A stretch of 64,000 nucleotides of DNA from a virus: the IMG/VR virus record IMGVR_UViG_3300018080_000131, positions 37,075 through 101,074 of that record; one strand, 5' to 3'. Under the pieces are notes generated by a model. That model was not told the DNA's origin. It saw nothing but the letters and a program-made list of their open reading frames with translations, and made no database searches. Shown in pieces: positions 10,287-19,612 of this stretch. The position numbers and the translations under genes are program-made. Within the stretch, counting starts at the first letter, position 1, and every line of letters begins with the position of its first letter.

Positions 10287-11201
10287 ATGAAAACAATAGA
10301 TGAGATTTTTGAAGGTGTTTGGGTTAGTGATGGTGAGTTTTTAATTCAGTGTCCTTATTGTAATGACCATCCTACTCATAATCATTGTTATGTGAATATC
10401 AAAAAAAGTGTTTTTAATTGTTTTTATTGTGGAGAATCAGGAACATTAAAAAAGCTGTTAAAGGATTTTGGTGATGATGAGAAGGTTAAGACGATAAGAA
10501 GAAGGCATGGGGTTAAAGAAAGACAAAAACATAAAGAAATATCAATTGATGAGTTTAATAGATTTAATCCAGTAACAGGAGCTAATGGTACTAATGATTT
10601 ATTAGCATTGAAATATCTTGAGAATAGAGGATTAAGACCATTTGAGATTAGGAATTATGATATTAGGTATGCTTCTTCAGGTAAGTATTTTGGAAGGGTG
10701 ATTATTCCTATTTATGAGGAAGGTGATTTGGTTTGTTTTATTGCAAGAAGTTTCTTAGATATGATTGAACCTAAATATTTATTTCCAAAGCATGGAGAAA
10801 CTAAATTAACTACAAATGAAGCATTATTTGGGTATGAGAAATCAAGAGATTATTGGTCAAGCAATCATGTTATTGTAGAAGGTGTTTTTGATGCTATAAA
10901 GATAAATCAAACAGATAATTTTAAAGGTATAGCTATTATGAGCAAGCATTTAAGTGAAGGTCAGAAATATAAGCTGTTGAAGCTGGAAGGAACTTTTTAT
11001 ATAATGCTAGATTCAGATGCTAAGTTAGATTCTTTGAAGGTTGCTGGAGAATTATCTAAGTATGGAAAAATTGTGAAGGTTGCGTTTATTAAAAGTAAAG
11101 ACCCAGGAGAAGCTAGTTTGAAGGAAATAAGAAAGGCTTTGAGACAAGCTGAGCCTTTTTCTTATGAACTAGAAATGAGAATAAAAATGGAGGATTGGTA
11201 A
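10287..11201 (+). CDS. DNA primase (zinc finger + TOPRIM)
   Basis: CPYC..CFYC zinc finger, YLENRG, GRVIIP, PKY, IVEGVFDA, MLDSDA, KDP. Confidence 0.88.
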   Translation: MKTIDEIFEGVWVSDGEFLIQCPYCNDHPTHNHCYVNIKKSVFNCFYCGESGTLKKLLKDFGDDEKVKTIRRRHGVKERQKHKEISIDEFNRFNPVTGANGTNDLLALKYLENRGLRPFEIRNYDIRYASSGKYFGRVIIPIYEEGDLVCFIARSFLDMIEPKYLFPKHGETKLTTNEALFGYEKSRDYWSSNHVIVEGVFDAIKINQTDNFKGIAIMSKHLSEGQKYKLLKLEGTFYIMLDSDAKLDSLKVAGELSKYGKIVKVAFIKSKDPGEASLKEIRKALRQAEPFSYELEMRIKMEDW

Positions 11202-11479
11202 GGCAGGTAAAAATGCTAAAAATAACAGTTGAGATTATTCCTTTTGGAATAAAAGATATGAAGAAAAGGCTTGGCGAGATATATATTACTAATGATGGTA
11301 CTGGAAATGAAGAAATAGGAAATTATAATTATACAATTAAAACTGAAAGAAGACAAGATGAGAAGATTGGTGATGAGTTAAAAGGGAGAGTAGAGAACTT
11401 CCAAAGAAGAAAGTGTAATTTTTGGAAGCTGTTGTATTTGATTTTGAAGGGAGTTTATGATGGGAGAGAAAAAATATAA
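11195..11479 (+). CDS. conserved phage hypothetical protein
   Basis: I.NDGTG...GNY pattern. Confidence 0.55.
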   Translation: MVRQVKMLKITVEIIPFGIKDMKKRLGEIYITNDGTGNEEIGNYNYTIKTERRQDEKIGDELKGRVENFQRRKCNFWKLLYLILKGVYDGREKI

Positions 11480-12284
11480 AATTTATTTGATTATAAATAA
11501 AATTAATGGAAAAACATATGTTGGAATGACTAGTAGGACAGTTAAACAGAGAGTAGAGGGTGGTCATTTTACTAAAAATGCTAATATTCTGTTACAAAGA
11601 GCTTTAGATAAATATGGAAAAGATAATTTTGAATATGGTACTTTAGAAGTTTGTGGTTGTGAAGAGGATGCTGTTGAAGCTGAAAAATTTTGGATTGCTA
11701 CTTTTAATAGTATTTCTAATGGATATAATATAGATGAAGGTGGTACTTTTCCAAGTGAATCTATGAGGGATAAAAGTAGTGAAGGACTTAGAGAATATTG
11801 GAAAAGAGTTACAGGTAAGAAATCAGTAAAAAGAATAAATATTAAGAAAATAAATGAATTAACACAGAAATATGTTGATACAAAGGATGAAAAAATTTGG
11901 GATGATTTAATTTCAGAATTGTATATTATTATTGATATTTTACTTGGGAAAAATTATACAAGAATAAAAACTCTTTGGGATGATATGAGACAAGATGTAA
12001 TAATTAACTTGTGGAAAAATAGAAGAACTGTTGGTGATACCTGTTCTCATAGTTTTTATAATCATTATTATAATAGAATTAGAAAGGGGTTAAATAGAGC
12101 TATAAAAAAATATGAAGGTGAAAAATATGAAGAAAGTGATTATTTAATTTATAAGGAGAAAAAACAACCTATGTATGATTTTTTAGATATGAATGTTAAG
12201 TCTATAGAAGATTTAACTGATGAGGAAAAATTAGAAGTTGGTTTGGATACTGAAGGAAATATGTCAGAAGATTATGAAGAGTAA
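11457..12284 (+). CDS. GIY-YIG endonuclease domain fused to a sigma-factor region-2-like domain
   Basis: KIYLIINKINGKTYVG, catalytic R, E, GYN; C-terminal half DDMRQDVIINLWK...FYNHYYNRIR resembles sigma region 2. Confidence 0.65.
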   Translation: MMGEKKYKIYLIINKINGKTYVGMTSRTVKQRVEGGHFTKNANILLQRALDKYGKDNFEYGTLEVCGCEEDAVEAEKFWIATFNSISNGYNIDEGGTFPSESMRDKSSEGLREYWKRVTGKKSVKRINIKKINELTQKYVDTKDEKIWDDLISELYIIIDILLGKNYTRIKTLWDDMRQDVIINLWKNRRTVGDTCSHSFYNHYYNRIRKGLNRAIKKYEGEKYEESDYLIYKEKKQPMYDFLDMNVKSIEDLTDEEKLEVGLDTEGNMSEDYEE

Positions 12285-12864
12285 TATTGATAAACCTAAT
12301 AAAGAAGCTATAGAGGCTTTTATAAAAGATTTTCCTAATTCTGTAGTTTCTGATTTACTTATGTATTTTGGAGAGGATGTTGTTGTGAGATTTGTGGAAT
12401 TGTATTCTGGTCAAAAGATAAATATTCCTTCAGTGAATAGTATTTGGATAAGTTACAGAAATAGGAAGGTTGTTGAAGAGCTTGATAAAAAAAATACAAA
12501 AGAAGTTAGGGAGATGTTGGCTGATAATTTTGGTTTGGAAGATAAAGAGGTAACAGATATATATGCATATTGTAAAGGAAAACATATAACAAGAGTTAAA
12601 CATACTACTATAAATAGGATTGTTGATGTTATATTTAGGAAGAATCTTAGGAAGTATCATAAAGCTGTTATGAAAATGACACAAGGAGCAAGTACTGATA
12701 GTACACAAGACCCAGAAATTTTGTATTTAGTTGAAGAAGCTAAAAGAGAGTTTTTGTCTAATTGTATGGAAGATTTGAATGAACATTTGGTAATTTGTGG
12801 TAGAAAAGACAAGAGAGATAAATGTGTTGAGCTATTAATGAAGAAAATAGATGAAGATATTTGA
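12274..12864 (+). CDS. Mor/C-family transcription activator-like protein
   Basis: FGEDVVVRFVELYSGQKINIPS..RNRK...LADNFGL..V pattern of the Mor family. Confidence 0.6.
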   Translation: MKSNIDKPNKEAIEAFIKDFPNSVVSDLLMYFGEDVVVRFVELYSGQKINIPSVNSIWISYRNRKVVEELDKKNTKEVREMLADNFGLEDKEVTDIYAYCKGKHITRVKHTTINRIVDVIFRKNLRKYHKAVMKMTQGASTDSTQDPEILYLVEEAKREFLSNCMEDLNEHLVICGRKDKRDKCVELLMKKIDEDI

Positions 12865-12934
12865 TTTTACTAAGATTAGTTCAAAATACTTGAAAAATCA
12901 AGCCTTCTACATTATTAGAAGGGTATAAGTTAAG

Positions 12935-14491
12935 ATGGAAAATTTAATAGAGAAAAAACCAAGAAATATCATACAAGCTTTTGAAGAAGAGGAGTTTTTT
13001 GGTAAGTCTTTTCCAGGTAAGAAGAAAGGAAGCTGGGATAAGTGGAAAAGCTTCTTGAAAATTGTATATGGTATCAGATTAAACAAAAGGGACAGGGAAG
13101 TTTATGAGAGATGTACTGGTAGAAGCATTGATGATATTCCTAAAGGTGGTTTTGAAGAGTTTTATGGGATTGTAGGTAGAAGAGGTGGTAAAAGTACTAT
13201 TTCTTCATTTATTGCTTCTTATGAGGCTTTATTTGGTGGTTGGGAAAAAGTATAAGCTCCTGGTGAAACAGGAAGTGTGTTTATTGTTGCTCCTGATAAA
13301 AAGCAAGCTGGAATTATTTTCAAATATTGTAAAGCTATGATTGCTGATAATTTTAAAGATATGATTGTGAGAGATACTACAGAATTGATTAGCTTGAAAA
13401 ATGGAATTGATATTGTGATAATGCCAGCTAGAATGACAGGTTTGAGAGGTTTTTCAACTATTTGTGTTATTCTTGATGAAATTGCTTTTTTGAAAACAGA
13501 GGATTATGCTAATCCAGCAGATGAGATTATTACAGCATTAGAACCTTCTTTGAAGGCAAAAGCTAAGTTGATTGGGATTTCTACTCCTTATGGAAAATTT
13601 GGTTATTTCTATGATATGTTTAAAGAGCATTATGGAAAAAGAGGTTCTGAAATTTTAGTTTGGCAAGCTCCAACAACATATATGAATCCAAGGTATGATG
13701 TAAGTAAAATCAGAAGAGCTAAAAGAAGGGATTTGTCAAAGGCTACAGCAGAATATGAGGCTACATTTAGAGAAGATGTAAGTTCTTACATTTCAGAAGA
13801 TGAGCTTTTGGGGTTAACAGAATTTGGTATAAAAGAAAGGTTACCAGAAGAGGATATGCCTTATTATGCTTTTGTTGATGTTTCTGGTGCTAGGAAAGAT
13901 TCTTTTACTTTTGCAATTGCTCATGTTGAAGAGGATTTTGTAGTTTTAGATGTTATTTATGAAAAAGTTCCACCATATAATATTGAAAATCAGCAACAGA
14001 TTTGTGCTGATTATTTGAAGAAATTTGGAATTAGGCATATTGTTGGTGATAAATATGGTGGTGATTTTCCAGTTCAAGGATTTAAGAGGAAGGAGATTCA
14101 GTATTATCAAAGCCAAAATCCTAAGTCTGATTTATATCTTGATTTTCAGATAGTTTGTAATTTGAAAAAAGTGAAATTGCTTGATAATGAAAGAATGAGA
14201 AAGCAGTTTATTATTTTAGAAAGGAAAACAGATGCTTCAGGAAAAGATTCTGTAATTAAGCCAAGAAATACTCATGATGATGTTGCTAATTCAGTTGCAG
14301 GAGCAGTAGTAATGGCATATAGGAGTATTTCAACTAGACCTTCTGAGGAAGAGCTAAAAAGCAGGATGTTTAGGAAAGTGCATAAAAGAGGGTTGAATTA
14401 TGATGAGGAATGGGCTAATATTTTGAAAGAAGCTGAAAAAGAAATGGAAGAGCAGTTAGCTAGAAGAAAAAAAGGAGAAGGAGAAAAATGA
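12935..14491 (+). pseudogene. terL: terminase large subunit interrupted by an in-frame TAA at 13253-13255
   Basis: Walker A GRRGGKS in the 5' part; Walker B ILDEIAF, ISTP, nuclease FVDVSG and HDD in the 3' part; both parts in the same frame. Confidence 0.85.
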
Positions 14492-14715
14492 AAGGTTTGA
14501 TATATTACATAAACAAGATTTTAGGTAGAGTTCCAACAGAAACAGATAAGAGTTTTGCTAAAAAAGAGCTTGAGTATTTTATGAGAGGTAGAGGTGCTAC
14601 TCATAGGTTTGTAAGACCAGGAGAAAGATTCAGAAAGCCTTGGAAAAAAAAGAAAAAGCTTAAAGTTGGTGAATCTGAGAGAATTGGAAGATTTTACAAA
14701 TATGAGGAGAAATAA
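14488..14715 (+). CDS. basic hypothetical protein
   Basis: RBS GGAG; overlaps terL stop. Confidence 0.5.
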   Translation: MKGLIYYINKILGRVPTETDKSFAKKELEYFMRGRGATHRFVRPGERFRKPWKKKKKLKVGESERIGRFYKYEEK

Positions 14716-14984
14716 GAATATGGATAATATTGGAAAAGAAATTATTTATTTTGAAGAATGGGTAGATAAGAGAATAAGACATATTGAAAGAAAGGAAAAG
14801 AGGAAACTTTTTATTAAATATTTAAAATATTATCTTACTAAAATGGAAGAGGCTATGGAAAAAGATGATAAGGTTAAGGTTCTTTCATTACAAAGAAAGT
14901 TTAAAGAAGAAGATGTTGGTTTTTATTATGTTTTTAAAATGGCAAGTTATTTTGCAAATAAACTATTTGATGAGGAGTAATTTA

Positions 14985-15105
14985 TAGGCTGAAATATGAG
15001 TAAAATATACCTGTATAAGGCTATTAGAGCTATTCTAAGCCAAAAACTTTATAATACAAGTATGTTTGCATTAATGGAGTTTTAATAAGGCTTAAAAATG
15101 ATTTG
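14985..15105. repeat. ~115 bp phased intergenic element, copy 2
   Basis: Colinear with 9921-10040 and 27975-28093. Confidence 0.8.
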
Positions 15106-15119
15106 GAGGTGATTAAATA

Positions 15120-15248
15120 ATGGCTAAAAGAGGTGTTCCTAAAAGAGATGGTTCTGGAAGAGGAACTAGAGCAAATAGAGGAAGAGGTGGATGTTCTTCA
15201 ACTAAAGTTAGAGGACAGGGAAGAAGTGGAAACAGAGGAAGGAGATAA
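15120..15248 (+). CDS. small Gly/Arg-rich protein (MAKRGVPKRDGSGRG...)
   Basis: GGAGGTG RBS; 42 aa; absent from ORF track. Confidence 0.6.
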   Translation: MAKRGVPKRDGSGRGTRANRGRGGCSSTKVRGQGRSGNRGRR

Positions 15249-15518
15249 AATGAATATTTTTGAGCTTAAATGTTATTACTGTGGAAACATTAATAAAATA
15301 AAGTATCTGGGTAATGAAGAACCAAAGAAAGTAAAGTTTCAGTGTAGAGAATGTAAGAGAGATATAAAGTATGAGGATGAGGTTGCTAGAAATTTTAGGT
15401 TTTACTAATGCTAGTTGAATATTTAGAAGCTTTGGGTTTTATTGCTTTAATTTGGGTTCTTCTTTTTATTTGGGAAAGATTAGGAAGGAAGAAGAAGCTG
15501 AAATTGTAGTTTTTTGTC

Positions 15519-15989
15519 ATGAAACATAGAACCAGAATTGAAAGAAAAAACAGAAAAAGCAAGAGATATATGACCTTGCATAAAAGTGGTTGGTTGTCTC
15601 AAAAGGACTTATCACAATTTTTGAATATCAGCATATGGACAATAAGAAGATGGAGTGGGTTAAGATATTGGAATACTTGGGATATTCCAGAAGGTTTTCC
15701 CAAACCAGTTGCAAAAGATGGAGAATGGAGATGGAATCTGAAAGAGGTTTTGGTTTTTTGTGGATTTAAAAAAGAAGAGGATGAAATGAGCTATCATGAA
15801 TTAACAGAGATTGAAAAATTGCTTAAAACAAATGAGGTTGCTGAAATGCTAAGATGTACTCATTATTGGGTTAGAAAATTGGCAATAAAAGGTGATTTGG
15901 ATTATGTTAAGCTTGGTAACCAGTACAGATTTAGGTATAAAGATGTACTAGATTTATTGAATAAAAAAAGGAAAAATTGTAGGATATAG
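15519..15989 (+). CDS. tandem MerR/AlpA/excisionase-type HTH DNA-binding protein
   Basis: Two HTH_17-like units (LSQKDLSQFLNISIWTIRRW..FPKP; LLKTNEVAEMLR..VRKL..G.L..VKLGNQYRF). Confidence 0.75.
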   Translation: MKHRTRIERKNRKSKRYMTLHKSGWLSQKDLSQFLNISIWTIRRWSGLRYWNTWDIPEGFPKPVAKDGEWRWNLKEVLVFCGFKKEEDEMSYHELTEIEKLLKTNEVAEMLRCTHYWVRKLAIKGDLDYVKLGNQYRFRYKDVLDLLNKKRKNCRI

Positions 15990-16929
15990 GTGGTGAGAAA
16001 ATGAGCAAACATGCAGAATATTCTTTTACCAGAAAAGCTGTTTTGAAAAGGGATAAGAGGAATAAGAAAAGGAAGAAAAGAGGTAAGGGAAGTAAGCATG
16101 TAAGGAAAAGCAAGTAAAATGAACCAGTATATGAAAGAAGAGGAGCTTATAGAAGAGGCTTTGAAAAAATTGCATTTGTTAACTGGTGAAAAATGTCAGG
16201 AAAGGAAAGAAAAACAGGTTTTGAAAAAGTTGGTTGAAATAATAAAGAAAAAACAGATTAATCAATTGAAGAAAGATTTAAAAGGGGTAATAGACTATTT
16301 TACAGATAGGAGAGTAATATGAGTATTATGATATTAAACAATATTTTGTATAGGTATAGAGATTTTATTAAACACAATAACTTATCATATATGAAAAGCA
16401 GGTATAATTTTTCTGATGATTTTGATGAGTGGTGTAATAGAACAGAATAAAAATTAGGGGTATGGGTATAAAAGAGAAGATAAGGAAAATGAGGTTGGCT
16501 ATAATACCAGATATGCCTAATATAATAACAGTAGATGATATAATGTTGTATATACCTAATGGTTGTATAGAATCTGATATATGGGATTATGTGGATTGGG
16601 AAAGAGAGATAAAAGAAAATAGGGAGTAGGGTTGAAAAGAGAAGTAATGAAAATGCAGAGGATAGTATAGAAAGGAAACATACCTAAAATAGAGATATTT
16701 TTATAGGGTATGGGTATAAAAGAATGGTATATAGGAAAGAAAAAGGTAGTAGAAGGAAAGTAGATACATTGTATATACTTCATGAGGTGTCAAAAACTGC
16801 TCAATTTTTTGCAAGACAAAACCAAAACCAAGGCAAAGAAAAAAGAAGGCTTACTCCAGGGGTAGACCTCAGTTGCAAAGTTGTTGGCACAGGAGAGTAT
16901 GTTTTAGGTTATGAGGCTTTTTGAAGGGT

Positions 16930-16959
16930 ATTATACCACAAATGAGGGGTGTATGTCAA
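16930..16959 (-). promoter_or_regulatory. leftward sigma70 promoter
   Basis: Minus strand TTGACA-18-TATAAT with extended -10 TG. Confidence 0.65.
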
Positions 16960-17130
16960 GTAGGATGGTGCTGAAACAGGCTTGGGCTTCCAGAACAGCA
17001 GGGGTTTCTGATGAGCATGGTAGAATCTGTAAAAAACCAGCATATACCACAATATATAGGGGTATTGATGCTGTATATACTAGTCAAAAAAGTTAAGTTG
17101 CAGAAAATAAAAGAGATATGGGTAGAAAAA

Positions 17131-17158
17131 AGTTTACATAATAAAAGTTATAAGACAC
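17131..17158 (-). other. dif-like XerC/XerD recombination site
   Basis: Minus strand GTGTCTTATAA-CTTTTA-TTATGTAAACT (11-6-11 architecture, canonical XerD arm). Confidence 0.75.
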
Positions 17159-18550
17159 AGGTGGGGTATATGATGCAGGATTCTGGTAGTGAAAGTAAAG
17201 TTCAGGTGCAGTTGCAGGAACATTTTGGTATCAAAAGCCAGCAGAAGTTCTCAGGAGTTGGGGATTTTTTTCTTGGAATATGCAGAAGACAACAAGTACA
17301 CCAGTTATACAGTAACAGGGGTAGGATTCCTTGGAATTGAGAAAAAGGATTGTTTACAGTGAAATGTGGTACTATATAGATGAAAGGAGAGAATAATGAG
17401 TATTGTTTATGACCCTACAATAGAAGCCAAAGTGGTGCTTTGTCCTAAGTGTGAGGCTAATATGGAAGACTTGGAGTTTGAGATTGCTGGAGATGGTCTT
17501 TGGGAGTGGAAGTGTAATAAGTGTGGATATAGTTGGACAATGACAGAAGAGGAGATGAAGGAGTTGAGATGAAAGAAAAGGTTTACTGTTGCAATTGTAA
17601 GTATTTTTATGGGTTTACTTCTCCAAATAGCCAAAAGACTTGTTTGGCTAAGTGTTTTACCAGAAGTACTCCAATAGTTCCAAAAGAAATCTTTAATCAG
17701 GATGGTGAGTTGCTGGGGACAAGAAATCCAGAAGAGGTTAATAGAAATAATGATTGCCCAGATTATAAAAGGAAATGGTGGAAGGTTTGGGTATGAAAGA
17801 AAAAGAGATTATACTACAATTAATGGAGGCTTGTAATACTTTAATGGATGAGGTTGTAGGAAAGAAAGCTACTAGATGGGGTGTTGTCAATAAGGCTCTT
17901 GTTGATGGAAGTAAGTATATAAAGGAAATAGAAAAAAAAGAGATGATACAAAAAATAAAAAAATTGGGGTATATTGATGATTAGAAAACAGAAGAAAGCT
18001 TATAAGAAGCTAAAGAAACACTACAAAAAACATATTGAAAGCTGGGAAAAATGGTTAACACATATAGAGGAATACAGAATACCTTATTTTCAGGAAGAGC
18101 AGAGAAAGTATCATATACTGTTAAAGAATAAGAAAGAGATATTGGATTATTTAAGTGAGTATTATGGTTATTTAGCTGAATTGGAATACAAAAGAAAACA
18201 GATGGAAAAAGAAGAGGAAAGAAGAATCTCTTTTATAGGATTAAGATGAAAGAATATTTTAATTGTCTTAAATGTGGTTCTTTGTGTGAGGTTGTTTTCA
18301 AGGATAATGATGAGTATTCTGGAGAAGAGGTTTGTGAGAAATGTGGTGCTTCTCATGAGGTGTATTTAGTAACAGAATTGAAAGTATCTTTAAATGAAGA
18401 ATAGATAATTGTCAGAAATGAGGCTTCTCACTTCTGACAAAAAAGGTGATAAGTTATGGAAAAAATTGAGAAAATGAAAAAAACTTTGCTGTATAAAATG
18501 CTTGTTTATAACAAGTTAAAAGAAAAAAGAAAAAAATTTCAAAAAAAGAC

Positions 18551-18579
18551 TTGACAAATGATAAAAAATGTTTTATATT
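18551..18579 (+). promoter_or_regulatory. sigma70-type promoter, repeat copy 2 (drives ncRNA operon)
   Basis: TTGACA-17-TATATT. Confidence 0.85.
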
Positions 18580-18606
18580 GTGATTGTCTTCAGTTAGAAG
18601 ATGTAA

Positions 18607-18621
18607 GTTCTTTAACAATTT
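18607..18621 (+). promoter_or_regulatory. rrn-type boxA antitermination element
   Basis: GTTCTTTAACAATTT versus rrn leader GCTCTTTAACAATTT, ~25 nt after the predicted start site. Confidence 0.75.
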
Positions 18622-18626
18622 AATTG

Positions 18627-18883
18627 ATTGTCTCTTCTGAGAGAAGGGAGTTAATCCACAGTTCATCTTGAGCTTGGGAAAAGTTCCTAGAGGATGGAAG
18701 ATTCAACTAATCTGAGGATAGGTGTTGAAAACCTAGATGATTCACCTAGTTAGGAGTAGCTAACCTAATGATGATGGTGGTTGGGGTGTCCCCCCTGACA
18801 GTTGACCCTAGTTCTCCAAGGGTGTTCTTGTTACCAAGTGAGCTTAGTTGCAAGAGCTTGGTACTTCTCCCAGAAGAGACAAT
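18627..18883 (+). ncRNA. structured RNA unit 1 (degenerate tRNA-like core ~18639-18872)
   Basis: 20 bp closing stem 18627-18646/18864-18883; multiple internal hairpins; ends TTCTCCCA. Confidence 0.65.
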
Positions 18884-18889
18884 AAAATG

Positions 18890-19101
18890 TTTTCCTTCTA
18901 ATGGGAAGGTCAACTAGACAGAAGACTTACTCATTAGTGAAACAGGGAATTGATTAATGCTTTTAAGTAGGCATGGTCAGCATCTGAGTAGAACCATCTG
19001 TGGTAAGCAGAAAGACAAAAGGCTCTGTTGGCTGTCAGTTCTTTGTGAAGTATTAATGCTTCTTGCAGGTGGAATTCCTGCTCTTCCCATTAGAAGGAAA
19101 A
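18890..19101 (+). ncRNA. structured RNA unit 2 (expanded tRNA-like core 18903-19089)
   Basis: Acceptor GGGAAGG/TCTTCCC-A, T-arm GCAGG-TGGAATT-CCTGC, variable-arm-like hairpin, ~13 bp flanking stem extension. Confidence 0.7.
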
Positions 19102-19117
19102 ATAAAAAATTCTCCTT

Positions 19118-19327
19118 AGAGTTTTTTCTGGGAGAATAGCTTAAGAAAGCTGTAATGCATTTAATAGGATGCTGGTGAGATGAGATGGTTATACTAGTTG
19201 CCATTTTATCTTCTCAATTCCAGCACTATGACTATAGCATAGTTAGCATAATAACAGTTTAAAGCTCTGGTTCTTTGAATCAGGTAAATGTTGGTTATGA
19301 AATCCAACTTCTCCCAGAAAAAACTTT
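19118..19327 (+). ncRNA. structured RNA unit 3 (tRNA-like core 19130-19316 with ~120 nt D-loop insert)
   Basis: Acceptor GGGAGAA/TTCTCCC-A, TA, D-stem GCTT/AAGC, anticodon-like arm CTGGT-TCTTTGA-ATCAG, T-arm GTTGG/CCAAC. Confidence 0.75.
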
Positions 19328-19393
19328 GGTGAGTAAAGTATTGTATAACAATAACTTAGAAAAAAACTTTAAAAAAAAAATGAAAAAAAAGAC

Positions 19394-19422
19394 TTGACAA
19401 ACACATAAAAATGTTTTATATT
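19394..19422 (+). promoter_or_regulatory. sigma70-type early promoter, repeat copy 3
   Basis: TTGACA-17-TATATT. Confidence 0.85.
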
Positions 19423-19431
19423 ATAAGTATG

Positions 19432-19611
19432 ATGATAAACAAAGAAACAAGCAAAACAAAACAAAGCCTTCTTGATGAGCTTTCTATCATTAGAGAAGAT
19501 ATTAAAGATGTTCAGTTTTCTATCCAGAATGGCAACATTTCTGATGTTTCTATTCTTAAAGGTCTTCAGGAAGTTGAAACATCTCTCTTAAATCAAATAA
19601 AGGAGTTTTAA
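19432..19611 (+). CDS. small early protein, probably leaderless
   Basis: ATG at the predicted transcription start, no Shine-Dalgarno. Confidence 0.55.
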   Translation: MINKETSKTKQSLLDELSIIREDIKDVQFSIQNGNISDVSILKGLQEVETSLLNQIKEF

Positions 19612-19612
19612 G

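Noticed and set aside
13253-13255. Genome-wide stop-codon reassignment
   Set aside because: TAA, TAG and TGA all end genes cleanly and long ORFs are intact under code 11; only one gene is interrupted
15133-15408. 91-aa ORF as listed in the track
   Set aside because: Better explained by two genes: 15120-15248 in another frame and a Cys-rich ORF starting at 15250
16556-17340. ORFs 16556-, 16724+, 16911+ and 17011+
   Set aside because: Overlapping, no RBS, and they span promoter and dif-like sites; region is probably non-coding
18409-18440. Hairpin TTGTCAGAA...TTCTGACAA as an intrinsic terminator or third TCAGAAATGA element
   Set aside because: No U-tract downstream on either strand, and the motif lies in the stem rather than forming the tetraloop
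18890-19101. Ochre-suppressor tRNA explaining the terminase stop (TTAA-containing loops in unit 2)
   Set aside because: The loops are 4-6 nt and not in a canonical anticodon position; TAA is the main stop codon
18957-19204. Short ORFs on both strands in the ncRNA region
   Set aside because: No RBS, atypical composition, and they cross stem boundaries
18600-19330. tmRNA, GOLLD/ROOL RNA or group I intron
   Set aside because: No G3-U70 acceptor or tag ORF, no group I core that I could recognise, and three separately closed units rather than one fold; a covariance-model search is still needed
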